Assembly: GCA_964476565.1 (NCBI GenBank)
Contig: CAYZBG010000001.1
Coordinates: forward strand, 64,405 to 128,404
DNA: 64,000 nucleotides
Direction: 5' to 3'
Source of the DNA: an uncultured Opitutus sp.
GTDB taxonomy: Bacteria; Verrucomicrobiota; Verrucomicrobiia; Opitutales; Opitutaceae
A program made the position numbers and the translations under genes. Of this stretch, positions 48,002 to 58,708 are shown in pieces (position 1 is the stretch's first letter; each line of letters starts with the position of its first letter). The notes beneath the pieces were generated by a model. It made no database searches. It saw only the letters and a program-made list of their open reading frames with translations, and had not been told where the DNA came from.

Positions 48002-48157
48002 AAGAACGGGCAACGTCGCGCCCGCACCGAGATCGGTCAACGGCAAATCCGTCCGACTTTGGTCCCGCTGGGGGCTTGACAAGGCCAACGTTGTCTCGTG
48101 CAGTCTCGTCCTTTTTCCAAACCACCCAGTCGTCCGCATCCGTCACCACGCATCTCC

Positions 48158-48412
48158 ATGTCTCTCAAGATCCGTCTTTCCCGCATCGGCTCCACGCACA
48201 ATCCGATTTATCATGTGGTTGTCGCCGAAACCCGTTCCCGCCGCGACGGCCGTGCGGTGGAGATCCTCGGTACCTATTCGCCCCGCGCCAAGAACAACGC
48301 CCTCACGCTTGATGTGGCCCGCGTGGACTACTGGGTCAGCAAAGGTGCCACGCCCACGGACACGGCCAAGTCGTTGGTCAAGAAGGCCAAAAAGGCCGCT
48401 CCGAGCGCCTAA
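48158..48412 (+). CDS. rpsP: 30S ribosomal protein S16
   Basis: MSLKIRLSRIGSTHNPIYHVVVAE. Confidence 0.95.
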   Translation: MSLKIRLSRIGSTHNPIYHVVVAETRSRRDGRAVEILGTYSPRAKNNALTLDVARVDYWVSKGATPTDTAKSLVKKAKKAAPSA

Positions 48413-48437
48413 GGGCGCCTCCATTGCCTAGCGCGCA

Positions 48438-48465
48438 AGCCCCGGAATTCCACCGGGGCTTTCTT
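48438..48465 (+). terminator. hairpin with a short T-tract between rpsP and trmD (terminator/attenuator)
   Basis: AGCCCCGG-N7-CCGGGGCT followed by TTCTTAT. Confidence 0.5.
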
Positions 48466-48488
48466 ATGGGTCCGATCCGTCTGCCGCC

Positions 48489-49187
48489 ATGCCCTTGCAC
48501 ATCGATGTCCTGACGCTGTTTCCGCGGATGCTCGAAGGGTTTTTGCAAGAGAGCATCCTCGGCAAAGGCATCGAAGCCGGATTGCTGACCGTCAAGGTGC
48601 ATGACTTGCGGACTTGGACGACCGATCGGCACCGTACGGCGGATGACCGTCCCTTTGGCGGAGGGGCGGGGATGGTCATGAAACCGGAACCGGTCTTTGC
48701 TGCGATCGAGCAATTGCAGACGCCGGGATGCCGTCGCATTTACCTGACTCCGGACGGAGTGCCGTACTCGGAGCCGTTGGCCCGCGAACTGGCCGGTCAG
48801 ACGCATCTGATTTTGCTGAGCGGTCACTACGAAGGCATCGATCAACGGATTCGTGATCGGTTGATCGACCAGGAGATCAGCATTGGGGATTATGTCCTGA
48901 CCAACGGGACTTTGCCGGCTGCCGTGGTCATCGATGCGCTGGCGCGCTTCATTCCCGGCGTGCTCGGGGAAGAAAAGTCGTTGACGCACGAATCCTTCAC
49001 CGGCAAGTTGCTCGACTTTCCTCAATACACGCGTCCCGCCGATTTTCGAGGTATGTCCGTGCCGGAAGTGTTGCTCTCCGGCAACCACGGCGAGATCGAG
49101 AAATGGCGGCACGCGCAGCGTACTGAGAAAACCCGCCAAGTCCGACCCGATTTATTCGAGAAACATCGTCATGAATCCCATCATTAA
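48489..49187 (+). CDS. trmD: tRNA (guanine37-N1)-methyltransferase
   Basis: [10 protein letters not shown]...[17 protein letters not shown]. Confidence 0.95.
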   Translation: MPLHIDVLTLFPRMLEGFLQESILGKGIEAGLLTVKVHDLRTWTTDRHRTADDRPFGGGAGMVMKPEPVFAAIEQLQTPGCRRIYLTPDGVPYSEPLARELAGQTHLILLSGHYEGIDQRIRDRLIDQEISIGDYVLTNGTLPAAVVIDALARFIPGVLGEEKSLTHESFTGKLLDFPQYTRPADFRGMSVPEVLLSGNHGEIEKWRHAQRTEKTRQVRPDLFEKHRHESHH

Positions 49188-49536
49188 AGACATCACTTCG
49201 CACCAGCTGAAGAAGGATCTCCCGCCGTTCAAGGTCGGCGACGGCGTCCGCGTGCACACCAAGGTGCGCGAGGGTGACAAGGAGCGCGTCCAGGTCTTCA
49301 CGGGCGTCGTCATCGCCCGCAAGGGACATGGCATTCATGAGACCTTCACCGTCCGCCGCATCAGCTACGGCGAGGGCGTCGAGCGCGTGTTCCCGGTGAA
49401 TTCCCCGAACATCGACAAGATCGAGATCGAGCGCAACTCGGAGCCGATGCGTGCCCGCCTGTACTACCTGCGCAGCCGCCAGGGCAAGGCCGCCATGGCG
49501 GTCAAGGAACGCCGGGTGGAAGTGCCGGCCTCCTGA
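49171..49536 (+). CDS. rplS: 50S ribosomal protein L19
   Basis: [35 protein letters not shown]. Confidence 0.95.
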   Translation: MNPIIKDITSHQLKKDLPPFKVGDGVRVHTKVREGDKERVQVFTGVVIARKGHGIHETFTVRRISYGEGVERVFPVNSPNIDKIEIERNSEPMRARLYYLRSRQGKAAMAVKERRVEVPAS

Positions 49537-49562
49537 GGTCGCCCCGCGTGAACATTCAACAA

Positions 49563-49591
49563 AGCGAGCCTGTCCCGGCTCGCTTTTTTTT
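49563..49591 (+). terminator. rho-independent terminator after rplS
   Basis: AGCGAGCC-N6-GGCTCGCT followed by TTTTTTTT. Confidence 0.8.
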
Positions 49592-49665
49592 GCGCTCAAA
49601 TTTGGGCTTTCATGCCGGCATCCCCGGCCTTCATCCTCACTTTTCCGTCCTAAACCCTTTCCTCC

Positions 49666-51657
49666 ATGAAGTTGAATACCGAAATCCTCGCGAAAGCTAG
49701 CAACCAAGCGCGTGGACTGGCGATCGATGCCGTCCATAAGTGCTCCTCCGGCCACCTCGGCCTGCCGTTGGGCGCCGCTGAGATCGGCGCTGTGCTCTAT
49801 GGCCACGCGCTGGTGCACAACCCGGAGGTTCCGCGGTGGCTGAATCGTGACCGGTTCGTCCTTTCCGCCGGCCACGGCTCGATGTTCCTCTACGGTTGGC
49901 TGCACCTGAGCGGCTACGACCTCCCGCTGGAGGAGGTGAAGAACTTCCGCCAGCTCCATTCCAAGACTCCGGGGCATCCCGAATATCATGAGACCCCCGG
50001 GGTCGAATGCACCACGGGTCCGCTGGGGCAGGGTATTGGCAACGCGGTGGGCATGGCGGTGGCCGGCAAGATGGCTGAAGCCCGGTTCAACACGGCCGAG
50101 CAGACCGTTTTTGACTATCACGTGATCTGCCTCGCCGGTGACGGTTGCATGCAGGAAGGCGTGGCGATGGAAGCCGCGGCCTTTGCGTCCCACCAGGGAC
50201 TCGACAACCTGATCCTGATTTACGACGCCAACGATGTTACGCTCGATGCGATGGCGGACAAGACGCAGAGCGAGAACACGGCGCTGCGCTTCAAGGCCCT
50301 CGGCTGGGACGTCCAGACCCTCGCTGACGGCCACGACCTTGCCGCCATCCTCAAGGCGATCAACAAGGCGAAGAAGGCCACCTCGGGTAAGCCGCAGCTT
50401 ATCGTCGCAAAGACGGTGATCGCGAAGGGCATTCCCGAAGTTGCCGGCACCTCGAAAGGTCATGGCGAGGGCGGTGCGAAGTTCGCCGATGCGGCCCGGG
50501 CGGGCCTCGGTCTGCCGGCCGACCAGCACTTCTTCGTGAGCGACGATGTGCGCGCCTACTTCGCCGAGCACAAGAAGCGTTTGGTCCGTAGCTACAAGAA
50601 GTGGACCAAGACCTACGAAGCCTGGAAAACGGCGAACCCGGACAAGGCGGCGCTGCTCGAAAGCCACGCGGCCAAGCCTGATTTCTCCTCGCTGCTCTCG
50701 AAGATCCCGGCTTTTCCGGCCGACGCCAAACTGGCGACCCGCGCGGCGGGCAAGGATGTCCTCCAGCCGATCGCCGCCGCCCTGCCTCTGTTCATTTCCG
50801 GCAGTGCCGACTTGTATGGCTCGACGCTCAACTACATCGCGTCGGACAAGGATTTCGACCGGAGCAATCGCTCCGGCCGCAATCTCCGCTACGGCATCCG
50901 CGAGCACGGCATGGCTGCCATCAACAACGGCATCGCCTACGACGGCGTCTTTCGCACGTCCTGCGCCACCTTCCTCGTCTTTGCGGACTACTCGCGTCCG
51001 TCGATGCGTCTCGCCGCGCTCTCGAAACTACCCGTGGTCTACATCTACACCCATGACTCCGTCGGCGTGGGCGAGGATGGTCCGACCCACCAGCCGGTGG
51101 AAACGGTCTCTGGTCTGCGTGTGATTCCGAATCTCGATGTGATCCGCCCCGCCGATCCCGAGGAAACGGCCGGCGCGTTCGCGGCTGCGCTCGAGCGCAC
51201 GGACGGACCGACCTTGCTGGCCCTCACCCGCCAAGCGGTGCCGATGCTCAACGACATTCCGGTCGAGCAGCGCCGCCAGGGCGTGTTGAAGGGTGGCTAC
51301 GTCGCCATTCGCGAAACCGCACCGCTCACCCATATCCTGTTGGCGGCCGGCAGCGAACTGCAGCACGCCGTCGCGGCGGCGAAGATCCTCGGCGCCGGCG
51401 TACGCGTGGTCTCCCTCCCGTCCTTCGAGCGTTTCAACCGCCAGTCGGCCGAGTACCGTGAATCCGTGATTCCGTCGTCGTGCCGCAAGCGCGTGTCGAT
51501 CGAAGCCGGTGTGACGGGCCTCTGGCAGCAGTACGTCGGTCTCGACGGCAAGGCTCTCGGCATCGATCGCTTCGGCATCAGCGCCCCGGGCAACACCGTC
51601 ATGAAGGAACTCGGCATCACGGTGGATGCGGTGGTCACCGCTGCGCGCAGCCTCTGA
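49666..51657 (+). CDS. tkt: transketolase
   Basis: 663 aa with [13 protein letters not shown] and [11 protein letters not shown] motifs. Confidence 0.96.
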   Translation: MKLNTEILAKASNQARGLAIDAVHKCSSGHLGLPLGAAEIGAVLYGHALVHNPEVPRWLNRDRFVLSAGHGSMFLYGWLHLSGYDLPLEEVKNFRQLHSKTPGHPEYHETPGVECTTGPLGQGIGNAVGMAVAGKMAEARFNTAEQTVFDYHVICLAGDGCMQEGVAMEAAAFASHQGLDNLILIYDANDVTLDAMADKTQSENTALRFKALGWDVQTLADGHDLAAILKAINKAKKATSGKPQLIVAKTVIAKGIPEVAGTSKGHGEGGAKFADAARAGLGLPADQHFFVSDDVRAYFAEHKKRLVRSYKKWTKTYEAWKTANPDKAALLESHAAKPDFSSLLSKIPAFPADAKLATRAAGKDVLQPIAAALPLFISGSADLYGSTLNYIASDKDFDRSNRSGRNLRYGIREHGMAAINNGIAYDGVFRTSCATFLVFADYSRPSMRLAALSKLPVVYIYTHDSVGVGEDGPTHQPVETVSGLRVIPNLDVIRPADPEETAGAFAAALERTDGPTLLALTRQAVPMLNDIPVEQRRQGVLKGGYVAIRETAPLTHILLAAGSELQHAVAAAKILGAGVRVVSLPSFERFNRQSAEYRESVIPSSCRKRVSIEAGVTGLWQQYVGLDGKALGIDRFGISAPGNTVMKELGITVDAVVTAARSL

Positions 51658-51677
51658 TCATCCGGCCGATTCAAATC

Positions 51678-51709
51678 AAAAGGCGGGCCCGCAAGGCCCG
51701 CCTTTTTTT
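51678..51709 (+). terminator. rho-independent terminator after tkt
   Basis: AGGCGGGCC-N5-GGCCCGCCT followed by TTTTTTT. It overlaps the stop codon of the convergent lactonase gene. Confidence 0.8.
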
Positions 51710-52772
51710 ATTGCCCGAAGAGCACGCACACCGGTTGGGGGACCTGGAAATGGTGGTTGGTGCGCTCCAGTTGTCCCGTGGCCGGATCGACCCGGAAGAC
51801 GTAGCCGTCGTTGGACTCTTCGTGCAGGGCGACCAGCCATCGTCCGTCAGGGGAGAGATCGAAGTGCCGCGGCGAACGGCCGCCGCTTGGCACGGTCTGC
51901 CGCCAGGTGAGCAGACCGGTGGCGGGGTCGCGCGCGAACACCACCAGGCTGTCGTGTCCGCGATTGGATCCATACACGACGTGACCCCGGGGATGTACAA
52001 TCACCTCAGCAGTCTTGTTGGCGCCGTTGAAATCCGACGGCAGCGTCGGCACGACCTCCAGCAAGGTCAGGCGTCCTTCGCGCGCATCGTAGGCGAACGA
52101 GGCGATGGTTCCGCCCATCTCGTTGATCACATACGCGTGTCGGCCGTCGGGGGAGAACGACAGGTGCCGAGGTCCGCTGCCCGGGGGAACCGGCGTGAAG
52201 GCGTGGACGTGGGGAGTCAGCTCCGCCCGGGCGTGGTCGAGCACATACGCCATCACTTTGTCCGTGCCGAGATCGGGTACGAAGACGAAGCGATTGTCGG
52301 GTGACAGAGTCACTCCATGCGCGTGGGGTTCCTTTTGCCGGTCGGGATTGATGCTGGACCCTTGATGGCGGATCAGCGTGCGTGCCGGGCCGAGGGTGCC
52401 GTCGGGGAGTCGCGGCCAGGACGTGACCGTGCCGGTGCCGTAGTTGGCAGAGATTGCCATGCGCCCCGTCGCATCAATGACAACGTGAGTCGGGTGACCC
52501 GCTCCCGATGCCTGTTGGTTCAAGACGGTCCAGGCACCGGTGGCCGGGTCGCGCCCGCAGGCCTTGATCCCTTCCAGACCGGCGTCGGTGACGTAGACGT
52601 TCGCGTGGTCCGGCGACCAAGCGAGCCAGGTGGGATTCTTCGCCTCGATGATGCACTCGGGCGGCCCGACCTCGCCCGTGCGGTCGTCGAACGGCGCGCG
52701 ATAGACACCTTTGCTGGTGGTGCGCGTGTAGGTGCCAAGGAGGAGGTGGGACGGGGAGAAGGGCGAGGCCAT
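51708..52772 (-). CDS. lactonase, 7-bladed beta-propeller family (6-phosphogluconolactonase-like)
   Basis: From ATG 52772. The repeated propeller pattern and ...HPRGHVVYGSNRGHDSLVVF... resemble YbhE/Pgl-type lactonases. Confidence 0.7.
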   Translation of the reverse strand: MASPFSPSHLLLGTYTRTTSKGVYRAPFDDRTGEVGPPECIIEAKNPTWLAWSPDHANVYVTDAGLEGIKACGRDPATGAWTVLNQQASGAGHPTHVVIDATGRMAISANYGTGTVTSWPRLPDGTLGPARTLIRHQGSSINPDRQKEPHAHGVTLSPDNRFVFVPDLGTDKVMAYVLDHARAELTPHVHAFTPVPPGSGPRHLSFSPDGRHAYVINEMGGTIASFAYDAREGRLTLLEVVPTLPSDFNGANKTAEVIVHPRGHVVYGSNRGHDSLVVFARDPATGLLTWRQTVPSGGRSPRHFDLSPDGRWLVALHEESNDGYVFRVDPATGQLERTNHHFQVPQPVCVLFGQ

Positions 52773-52891
52773 GACGGTGGGTGAGGGGGTTCCGGTGTGC
52801 GCATCGAAGCCGGTCATCGCAAGCCCAAGCTGGCATCGGCCTGCGCCGCAATCGCGTGAAACGTTTTGCGCCCCGCGGTGAGGGCGGAACA

Positions 52892-53551
52892 ATGAGGTCT
52901 GCCATGCGTCTGCTTTGGATCTTCATCGGTCTCGCCGTCTTGGTCCTCGTTCCGTTCGCGATCTGGGGCGGGGATTTGGAACGCAGTTTCTCCGCGACGG
53001 GCGCAGTGGACTGGCTGCGTGGCTATGGCGCGTGGGGCTGGCTGGCCGGGGTGGTGCTGCTGATGCTCGACCTCGTGCTGCCCATTCCGAGCACGGTGGT
53101 CATGTCGGCCCTTGGATTTCTGTACGGGCCATGGTGGGGAGGCTTGCTGGCGGCAGGTGGCTCGTGGCTGGCCGGTGTGTTTGCGTATACCCTGTGCCGC
53201 ACCCTGGGACCGAGGATGGCGGTGCGACTCGTGGGTGAACGCGACCTCGCGCGCGGGCAGGCCTTGTTCGAGCGTTACGGCGGCTGGCTGGTTGCGTGGT
53301 CGCGCTGGATGCCGGTCCTGCAGGAAACCGTGGCCTGCATGGCTGGCCTGGCCCGCATGCGCCCCGCGCCCTTTGCGGTTGCGCTGGCCTGCGGAAGCCT
53401 GCCGATCGGATTCTCGTTTGCCGCGATCGGGCATGCCGGCGTGGAGCATCCTGGACTGGCGCTTGCGCTCAGTGCCGCGCTGCCACCGCTGCTCTGGCTA
53501 CTCAGCCGTCCGATCTGGCGCCGCCGGGATTCCGGAGTCAGCGGGGGCTGA
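52892..53551 (+). CDS. TVP38/TMEM64 (DedA-related, SNARE-associated) membrane protein
   Basis: A multi-TM protein with LPIPSTVVMSALGFLYG and a conserved loop pattern. Confidence 0.7.
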   Translation: MRSAMRLLWIFIGLAVLVLVPFAIWGGDLERSFSATGAVDWLRGYGAWGWLAGVVLLMLDLVLPIPSTVVMSALGFLYGPWWGGLLAAGGSWLAGVFAYTLCRTLGPRMAVRLVGERDLARGQALFERYGGWLVAWSRWMPVLQETVACMAGLARMRPAPFAVALACGSLPIGFSFAAIGHAGVEHPGLALALSAALPPLLWLLSRPIWRRRDSGVSGG

Positions 53552-55022
53552 GCCGCAGAATGTATTTGATCGCGTAGTAGTAGGCCCGTTCCCGCACGAC
53601 ATCGGTCTGAACGGCGTCCTCCAGGCCGAGCTCGTTCACCCGCGTTACGGCTGTGGTGTCGCCATCGAGCGGATACAAGGTGATGTACGCGAGGATCCGG
53701 ATCAGGTCCTCCTTCGGCACGCGGGCCTCGAGCGTCTCGAGGACGAGGGCCGGGACATAGCGCTCCACCGGGAGCTGGATCGCGTCCGGCACGGCGGCGA
53801 CGTAGAGCAGGTTTCTTACGCGCTGCACCGGGTCGTCGACGAAGCCCGGTGCCCAGTGCGGCAGGTTGGCGCGCAGGGTGTCGAGTTCCTCCACGATGAA
53901 ATCGTCCGGTTGCTCCGAGGGATCAGCGTAGGGGGCGACCACCCCGTGATCGGGCGGCACGCCGAAGTAGCGGATCGCCTGCAGGTGGCTCGGTTGGATG
54001 TCACGCCAAGTCCGGGGCGTTCCGTCGGCGGCCGGCCCGTCCGGTGTCGCGGCCGGTTGGGCGGCAGGCTCGGATGACGGCGATGGCGCGGCCGGGCGGT
54101 CGGGTTCCGGTGCGGGATTGGGGGTCTCTGCCGGTGGCGAAGGCGGAGACGGCGCCACGGTGGGCGGCGCGGCGGGAGGCGGCACGTCGTCGGGGCGCGG
54201 ACGGGTCCGGTCCTGAAGTTCGGCTGCGATGCCGACTCCAGCCCAGCCCAGGATCACCAGGAAGAGCCACGGCTTGCCGGACAGGGAGCGGAAGGACTGC
54301 TGGGCGTCCCACCGGAATAGACGCAGACCGGCAAGCGATGCCACCACACCCAGGCCGGCGAGGGCGGCGAGGGCGAATCCTTCGCTGCGCAAACCGGTAC
54401 CGTTGACGGTCGTCTGAATCGCTTCGACGGCATATCGTCCCGGAAAGAAGGCTGAGACCTGTTGCGCCCATTCCGGAAGGGCGGTGAGAGGCACGGCGAC
54501 CCCGCCGATGATGAGCATGGGCAGAAAGACACATTGCCCGAGCGCTTGGACCGCGGGCACGTTGTTGGCCAGGGTGGCGATGACGAGGCCGAGTCCGATG
54601 AAGGCAAATGCGGCGAAGGTAAACGCCACGAACAGTTCGAAGGGGTGGGCCGGGAACGGCAGGCCGAGCGCGAGGGCAAGTCCGAGCTGAAGCAGTCCGG
54701 CCAGCACCAGCAGCGCGTAGCGGGCGATCAGGGTGGCGGCGACCAGTGCGGCCGGTGCGACTGGGGTCAGGCGGTAGCGCCGCCAGACGCCCCGCTCCCG
54801 CTCGCTGACCAGCGTCGTGGGCAGACCGAAACAGGCGCCGCCAAGAATCGACACCGTGAGCAACTCGCCCATGTGCCGGACCAGAGGAACGCGGTCGTGC
54901 CGGTACAGCACCCAGAACGCGATGAGAAAGACCAGGGGAAAGAGGAATCCATAGACCAGCGCCATCCGGTTTCGGAAATGTAGGCGAAGCGAACAACGCA
55001 GGCTGGCGACCATGGCTTTCAT
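53538..55022 (-). CDS. ABC-2 type transporter permease fused to an extra TM, a Pro-rich linker and a ~190-aa C-terminal domain of unknown function
   Basis: The N-terminal ~250 aa have an ABC-2 six-TM pattern. Then come PWLFLVILGWAGVGIAA, a PPPAAPPTVAPSPPSPPAETPNPAPEP linker and a globular C-terminal domain. Confidence 0.75.
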   Translation of the reverse strand: MKAMVASLRCSLRLHFRNRMALVYGFLFPLVFLIAFWVLYRHDRVPLVRHMGELLTVSILGGACFGLPTTLVSERERGVWRRYRLTPVAPAALVAATLIARYALLVLAGLLQLGLALALGLPFPAHPFELFVAFTFAAFAFIGLGLVIATLANNVPAVQALGQCVFLPMLIIGGVAVPLTALPEWAQQVSAFFPGRYAVEAIQTTVNGTGLRSEGFALAALAGLGVVASLAGLRLFRWDAQQSFRSLSGKPWLFLVILGWAGVGIAAELQDRTRPRPDDVPPPAAPPTVAPSPPSPPAETPNPAPEPDRPAAPSPSSEPAAQPAATPDGPAADGTPRTWRDIQPSHLQAIRYFGVPPDHGVVAPYADPSEQPDDFIVEELDTLRANLPHWAPGFVDDPVQRVRNLLYVAAVPDAIQLPVERYVPALVLETLEARVPKEDLIRILAYITLYPLDGDTTAVTRVNELGLEDAVQTDVVRERAYYYAIKYILRLSPR

Positions 55023-55951
55023 CGCACGTCCTCCTTCGTCCGTTCGGGCGTCCGGGTCAGGGCAAGGAAGACGTCCTCCAGCGAGCCGCGGTCGACCTCA
55101 AGTCGGACGAGGGCGTTGCCCGACTCCGCCAGACGGCTGAGTAAACGCGGGACCGCCTCCTCGGGGCGAAGGGTGAGGCCTTGCAGACGACTTCCGTTTA
55201 CAGCGAGTGCGGTGACATCAGGTAATCCGACGAAGAGGGAGGCAGACAGAGGCTGGGCAGCGGTGAGCCGCACCTGATGCGGCCGCGCTTGGGCACCGAC
55301 CAGGTCGTGCGGTGCGCCGGTGGCGACGATGTGCCCCTGGTCGATGATGGCGATCTGGTCACACAGGCGTTCGGCCTCGTCGAGTTGATGGGTGGTCAGA
55401 AGAACGGTGTGCCCGGCGCGTTTGAGGTGGAGGATCTCCGCGTGGAGTTCCTGACGCGCCTCCGGGTCGAGTCCGGTGGTGGGCTCATCGAGCAGGATCA
55501 CTTCCGGGCGATTGAGGAACGCGAGCGCGAGGGCGAGCCGCTGGCGTTGTCCGCCGGAGAGCGTGTCGTAGGCGGCGTCCGCCTTCTCCACCAGGGCAAA
55601 GCGCGCCAGCAGGTCGGCGGTCGGAACCGGATGCGGATAGAACGACGCAAACAGCTCAAGCGCTTCCCGGGGTGTCAGCTTGTCCTGCAGGGCGGTGGTC
55701 TGAAGGGCGGCGCCGATCCGGGCCTTCACCGCGCGCGGATGCCGTCGGGCATCGATGCCGCAGAGTTCGATGTCACCCGAATCCGGCTGGCGAAGGCCGA
55801 GCAGGCATTCGATCGCCGTTGTTTTGCCCGCGCCATTGGGGCCGAGCAGTCCAAAGATGGTGCCGGCCGCCACCTCGAAACTCACGCCACGCAGTGCGTC
55901 GAATGCGCCGTAGCGCTTGCGGAGCTCTCGAACGGCGACAATGGCAGCCAT
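55019..55951 (-). CDS. ABC transporter ATP-binding protein
   Basis: Walker A is GPNGAGKTT, the signature is LSGGQRQR and Walker B is ILLDEP. Confidence 0.92.
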   Translation of the reverse strand: MAAIVAVRELRKRYGAFDALRGVSFEVAAGTIFGLLGPNGAGKTTAIECLLGLRQPDSGDIELCGIDARRHPRAVKARIGAALQTTALQDKLTPREALELFASFYPHPVPTADLLARFALVEKADAAYDTLSGGQRQRLALALAFLNRPEVILLDEPTTGLDPEARQELHAEILHLKRAGHTVLLTTHQLDEAERLCDQIAIIDQGHIVATGAPHDLVGAQARPHQVRLTAAQPLSASLFVGLPDVTALAVNGSRLQGLTLRPEEAVPRLLSRLAESGNALVRLEVDRGSLEDVFLALTRTPERTKEDVR

Positions 55952-56088
55952 GACTTGGGATGGAAAAGCGACACCGGGGCGTCAACGCAAGCTGCGAGCC
56001 GCTTGTCCGCGGTCATGTTGCTCCGGCAAGTCCGGCGAACGACCGATCGCAAACCAGCCGGGGCATTTCCGCCCCGGCCGCAGTGCGC

Positions 56089-58635
56089 TTATTTCAACAA
56101 CGCCAGCAGCTCGTCGTCCGTCCACGGCTGCGTGCGCTTGATGGATTCCTCACGCACGCCCTTGACGAATTCGGGCGTGACCGGCGAGGCCGTGTGGCCC
56201 CAGGAGCGGCGCAGGTAAGTCATCACACCCGCAATCGCTTCGTCATCGAGACTGGCGAGGGGCGGCATCATCAGCCCGCCGCCTTCCTTGCCGTTCAGGA
56301 TGATGCGGGCGAGGTTCTTTTCCGGTCCGACCACATGCCGGGAATTGAGCAATGCGGGGGCGAGTCCGGCCATGCCTTGACCGTTGGGTTGGTGGCAGGC
56401 GGCGCAGAGCATCGCATACTGAGCTTTCCCCTTTTCGAAGAGAGCGAGCTGTTCGCCATTGAGGCGGGTGGCCGCGGCCGGCGCGACGAAGCCCTCCAGG
56501 CCCGACCAACGCAGCGACTTGAGCAGGGTGGCGGCCTTCTCGGCAGACGGATCCCCGGCGGCCTTTGAAAGTGCGATCAGGCCCTTCGGCTCAACCGGAA
56601 GGGTGAGGCTGGCAGGAGCGGCGGCGCCTCGGCCACGCGGACTGCGCGGCAGGCTCTGCTGAACGCCATCAAGGATGGCGACGCGCAACCACGACTCGTG
56701 CTTCACGGAGGGGTCGACGCGACCGAGTAACGCATCAATCTTGCGGGCGTCGCCAGACTTGAGCACGGCGCTCGTGGCGATCGCCACGGCGGATGAGGCT
56801 GGCGAAGCCTTGGGCATCGCTGCGAGTGCGGCGATGAAGTCAGTCTCTTGGCCGGCCAGACCGCTCACGAGGGCGGTGCCGAGGAAGGGCTGTTTGCCGT
56901 GCACGCGGGCCACCTGGGCGAAAATCTGCGCCTTGTCAGCGGAACCCAGGGCACCCAGGGCGAGGGTGGCGTGCAACACCACGCGGGGATGCTCGTTGGC
57001 ATCGATCGCTTGTGAAACCAGCAAGGCCTTCAATTCCGCATCGGCTGAATTCTTGATAAACGTCTCGCTCAGGCGCGCACCCGCAGCGCGCAGACCTGAG
57101 TCCGGATCTTGCACGGCGGACATGACGGTCGCACGGTCAAGCTGGCCGATCCCATCGAGCGTCCACAGGGCATGGAGACGACCGAGCGGATTGGCTTTCG
57201 GGTCGGCGGCGAGGGCGCGCAAGGCCGGCGCGACGGACGGATCACGCCGTTCGACGAGCAGGCGCTGCGCCGTGTCACGCCACCAGCCGCCCGCGGCGTT
57301 GAGTTGTTCGACGAGGGTGGCGTTCGAGGCCTTGGCCAGATCCATCGGCGCCCGCACCGCCGGCGCGTTTTCCGGGACAATCCGGTAGATGCGGCCGAGC
57401 CCTGTACCTTGGTCGAGACCGCGTTCCTCGATCTGTTTGCGCAGGAAACTGGTGAGGAAGATCCGGTGCTGCAGAATGCCGCGGTAGAGATCGACCACGT
57501 ACAGCCCGCCGTCCGGACCTTCGTACAGATTGACCGGACGGAAACGCTCGTCCGTGGAGGTCAAAAATTCCGTCTCCGTGTAGGCGCTCGTTCCGACCCG
57601 GGTGCCATCGGGCTGGTCCTTTAGCACGATCCGTTTCACCAGGTTGGCTGACGGTTCGGCCACAAAGGCGTTCTCCTGAAACTCAGCGGGGAACAGGGCG
57701 CCGCGGTAGACCAACGGGCCGCAGGCCGCCGTCATGGCCCGGATCTTTCCCTCGGCGTCGAGGATTTGGTAACCGCGATTCACGCCCGGCGTAACCCGTC
57801 CCGGCCAGATCCGCAGGTCAGCCGGAACCATCCGAACGCGCGCGCCATCGAGGTTGGTGAGGTTTGGATTCCTCAGCAGGTACTCCGCTGGCACCAGATC
57901 GGCGTGGAGTGGGTCGCTGTTGGTATTGTGGTAGATGCGGCCGAGGTTGTCCTGGCTGATGCCCCATTGGCCGCGGGCAATGGTTTCCTCGCGGGTGAAG
58001 CGGCCGTTGCCCTCGTAACGAAAACGGACGTCGTGCTTCGCGCTGTAGATCCAATTGTCTTGGGCCCAAAGCAGACCGTTCGCCGTGTGCTCTGGATTGC
58101 CGGGCTGACCATAGTCGGATGCGACCTCCGTCTTGCTGTCGGCGCGTCCGTCGCCGTCAGTGTCCCGCAGGAACCAAAGATGCGGTGGCTCCGCGACGAG
58201 CAGACCGTCGCCCACCAGGGCGAGGGCGCGGGGCATGACGAGTCCCTCGGCGAACACGGTGCGCTGGTCCATCCGGCCGTCTTGGTCGGTGTCGGCGAGC
58301 ACCGCGATGGTCCCGGACGGCGCGTCTTCCCCGGCGCCGTCGGCGTTGAGCATGTAGCCGCGGAACTCCGCGACCCACAGGCGGCCGTCGGTGCCGAATG
58401 TCATGGCCACCGGATCGTGCACCAAGGGGTCAGCCGCGATCAGCTCGACGCGATAGCCGGCCGGCACCTTGAGCGTCTTGATCGCCTCCTCGGGGGACAG
58501 GACCGGGGCCGGCGGGATCACGATATGATCCGGCACCGGGGCCTGCACTTCACCTTCACGATCGCCCTGCTGGGCGGTGAGGGGCACGGACAACGACAAC
58601 ACGGACAGGGCGAGGGCGAGGGTAGGGCGGGACAT
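56089..58635 (-). CDS. PVC-type heme-binding CxxCH protein (membrane-bound dehydrogenase-like domain + HEAT-like repeats + cytochrome c domain)
   Basis: After a signal peptide the N-terminus reads ...FTVPAGYRVELIAADPLVHDPVAMTFGTDGRLWV. The C-terminus carries CAACHQPNGQG. Confidence 0.8.
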   Translation of the reverse strand: MSRPTLALALSVLSLSVPLTAQQGDREGEVQAPVPDHIVIPPAPVLSPEEAIKTLKVPAGYRVELIAADPLVHDPVAMTFGTDGRLWVAEFRGYMLNADGAGEDAPSGTIAVLADTDQDGRMDQRTVFAEGLVMPRALALVGDGLLVAEPPHLWFLRDTDGDGRADSKTEVASDYGQPGNPEHTANGLLWAQDNWIYSAKHDVRFRYEGNGRFTREETIARGQWGISQDNLGRIYHNTNSDPLHADLVPAEYLLRNPNLTNLDGARVRMVPADLRIWPGRVTPGVNRGYQILDAEGKIRAMTAACGPLVYRGALFPAEFQENAFVAEPSANLVKRIVLKDQPDGTRVGTSAYTETEFLTSTDERFRPVNLYEGPDGGLYVVDLYRGILQHRIFLTSFLRKQIEERGLDQGTGLGRIYRIVPENAPAVRAPMDLAKASNATLVEQLNAAGGWWRDTAQRLLVERRDPSVAPALRALAADPKANPLGRLHALWTLDGIGQLDRATVMSAVQDPDSGLRAAGARLSETFIKNSADAELKALLVSQAIDANEHPRVVLHATLALGALGSADKAQIFAQVARVHGKQPFLGTALVSGLAGQETDFIAALAAMPKASPASSAVAIATSAVLKSGDARKIDALLGRVDPSVKHESWLRVAILDGVQQSLPRSPRGRGAAAPASLTLPVEPKGLIALSKAAGDPSAEKAATLLKSLRWSGLEGFVAPAAATRLNGEQLALFEKGKAQYAMLCAACHQPNGQGMAGLAPALLNSRHVVGPEKNLARIILNGKEGGGLMMPPLASLDDEAIAGVMTYLRRSWGHTASPVTPEFVKGVREESIKRTQPWTDDELLALLK

Positions 58636-58708
58636 GAAGCTTGGGAACAGGAATCAGGGGCGACGGGATTTCAAACCTCGGCGTGAAAAAGCGGACTTCG
58701 GATGGCAA

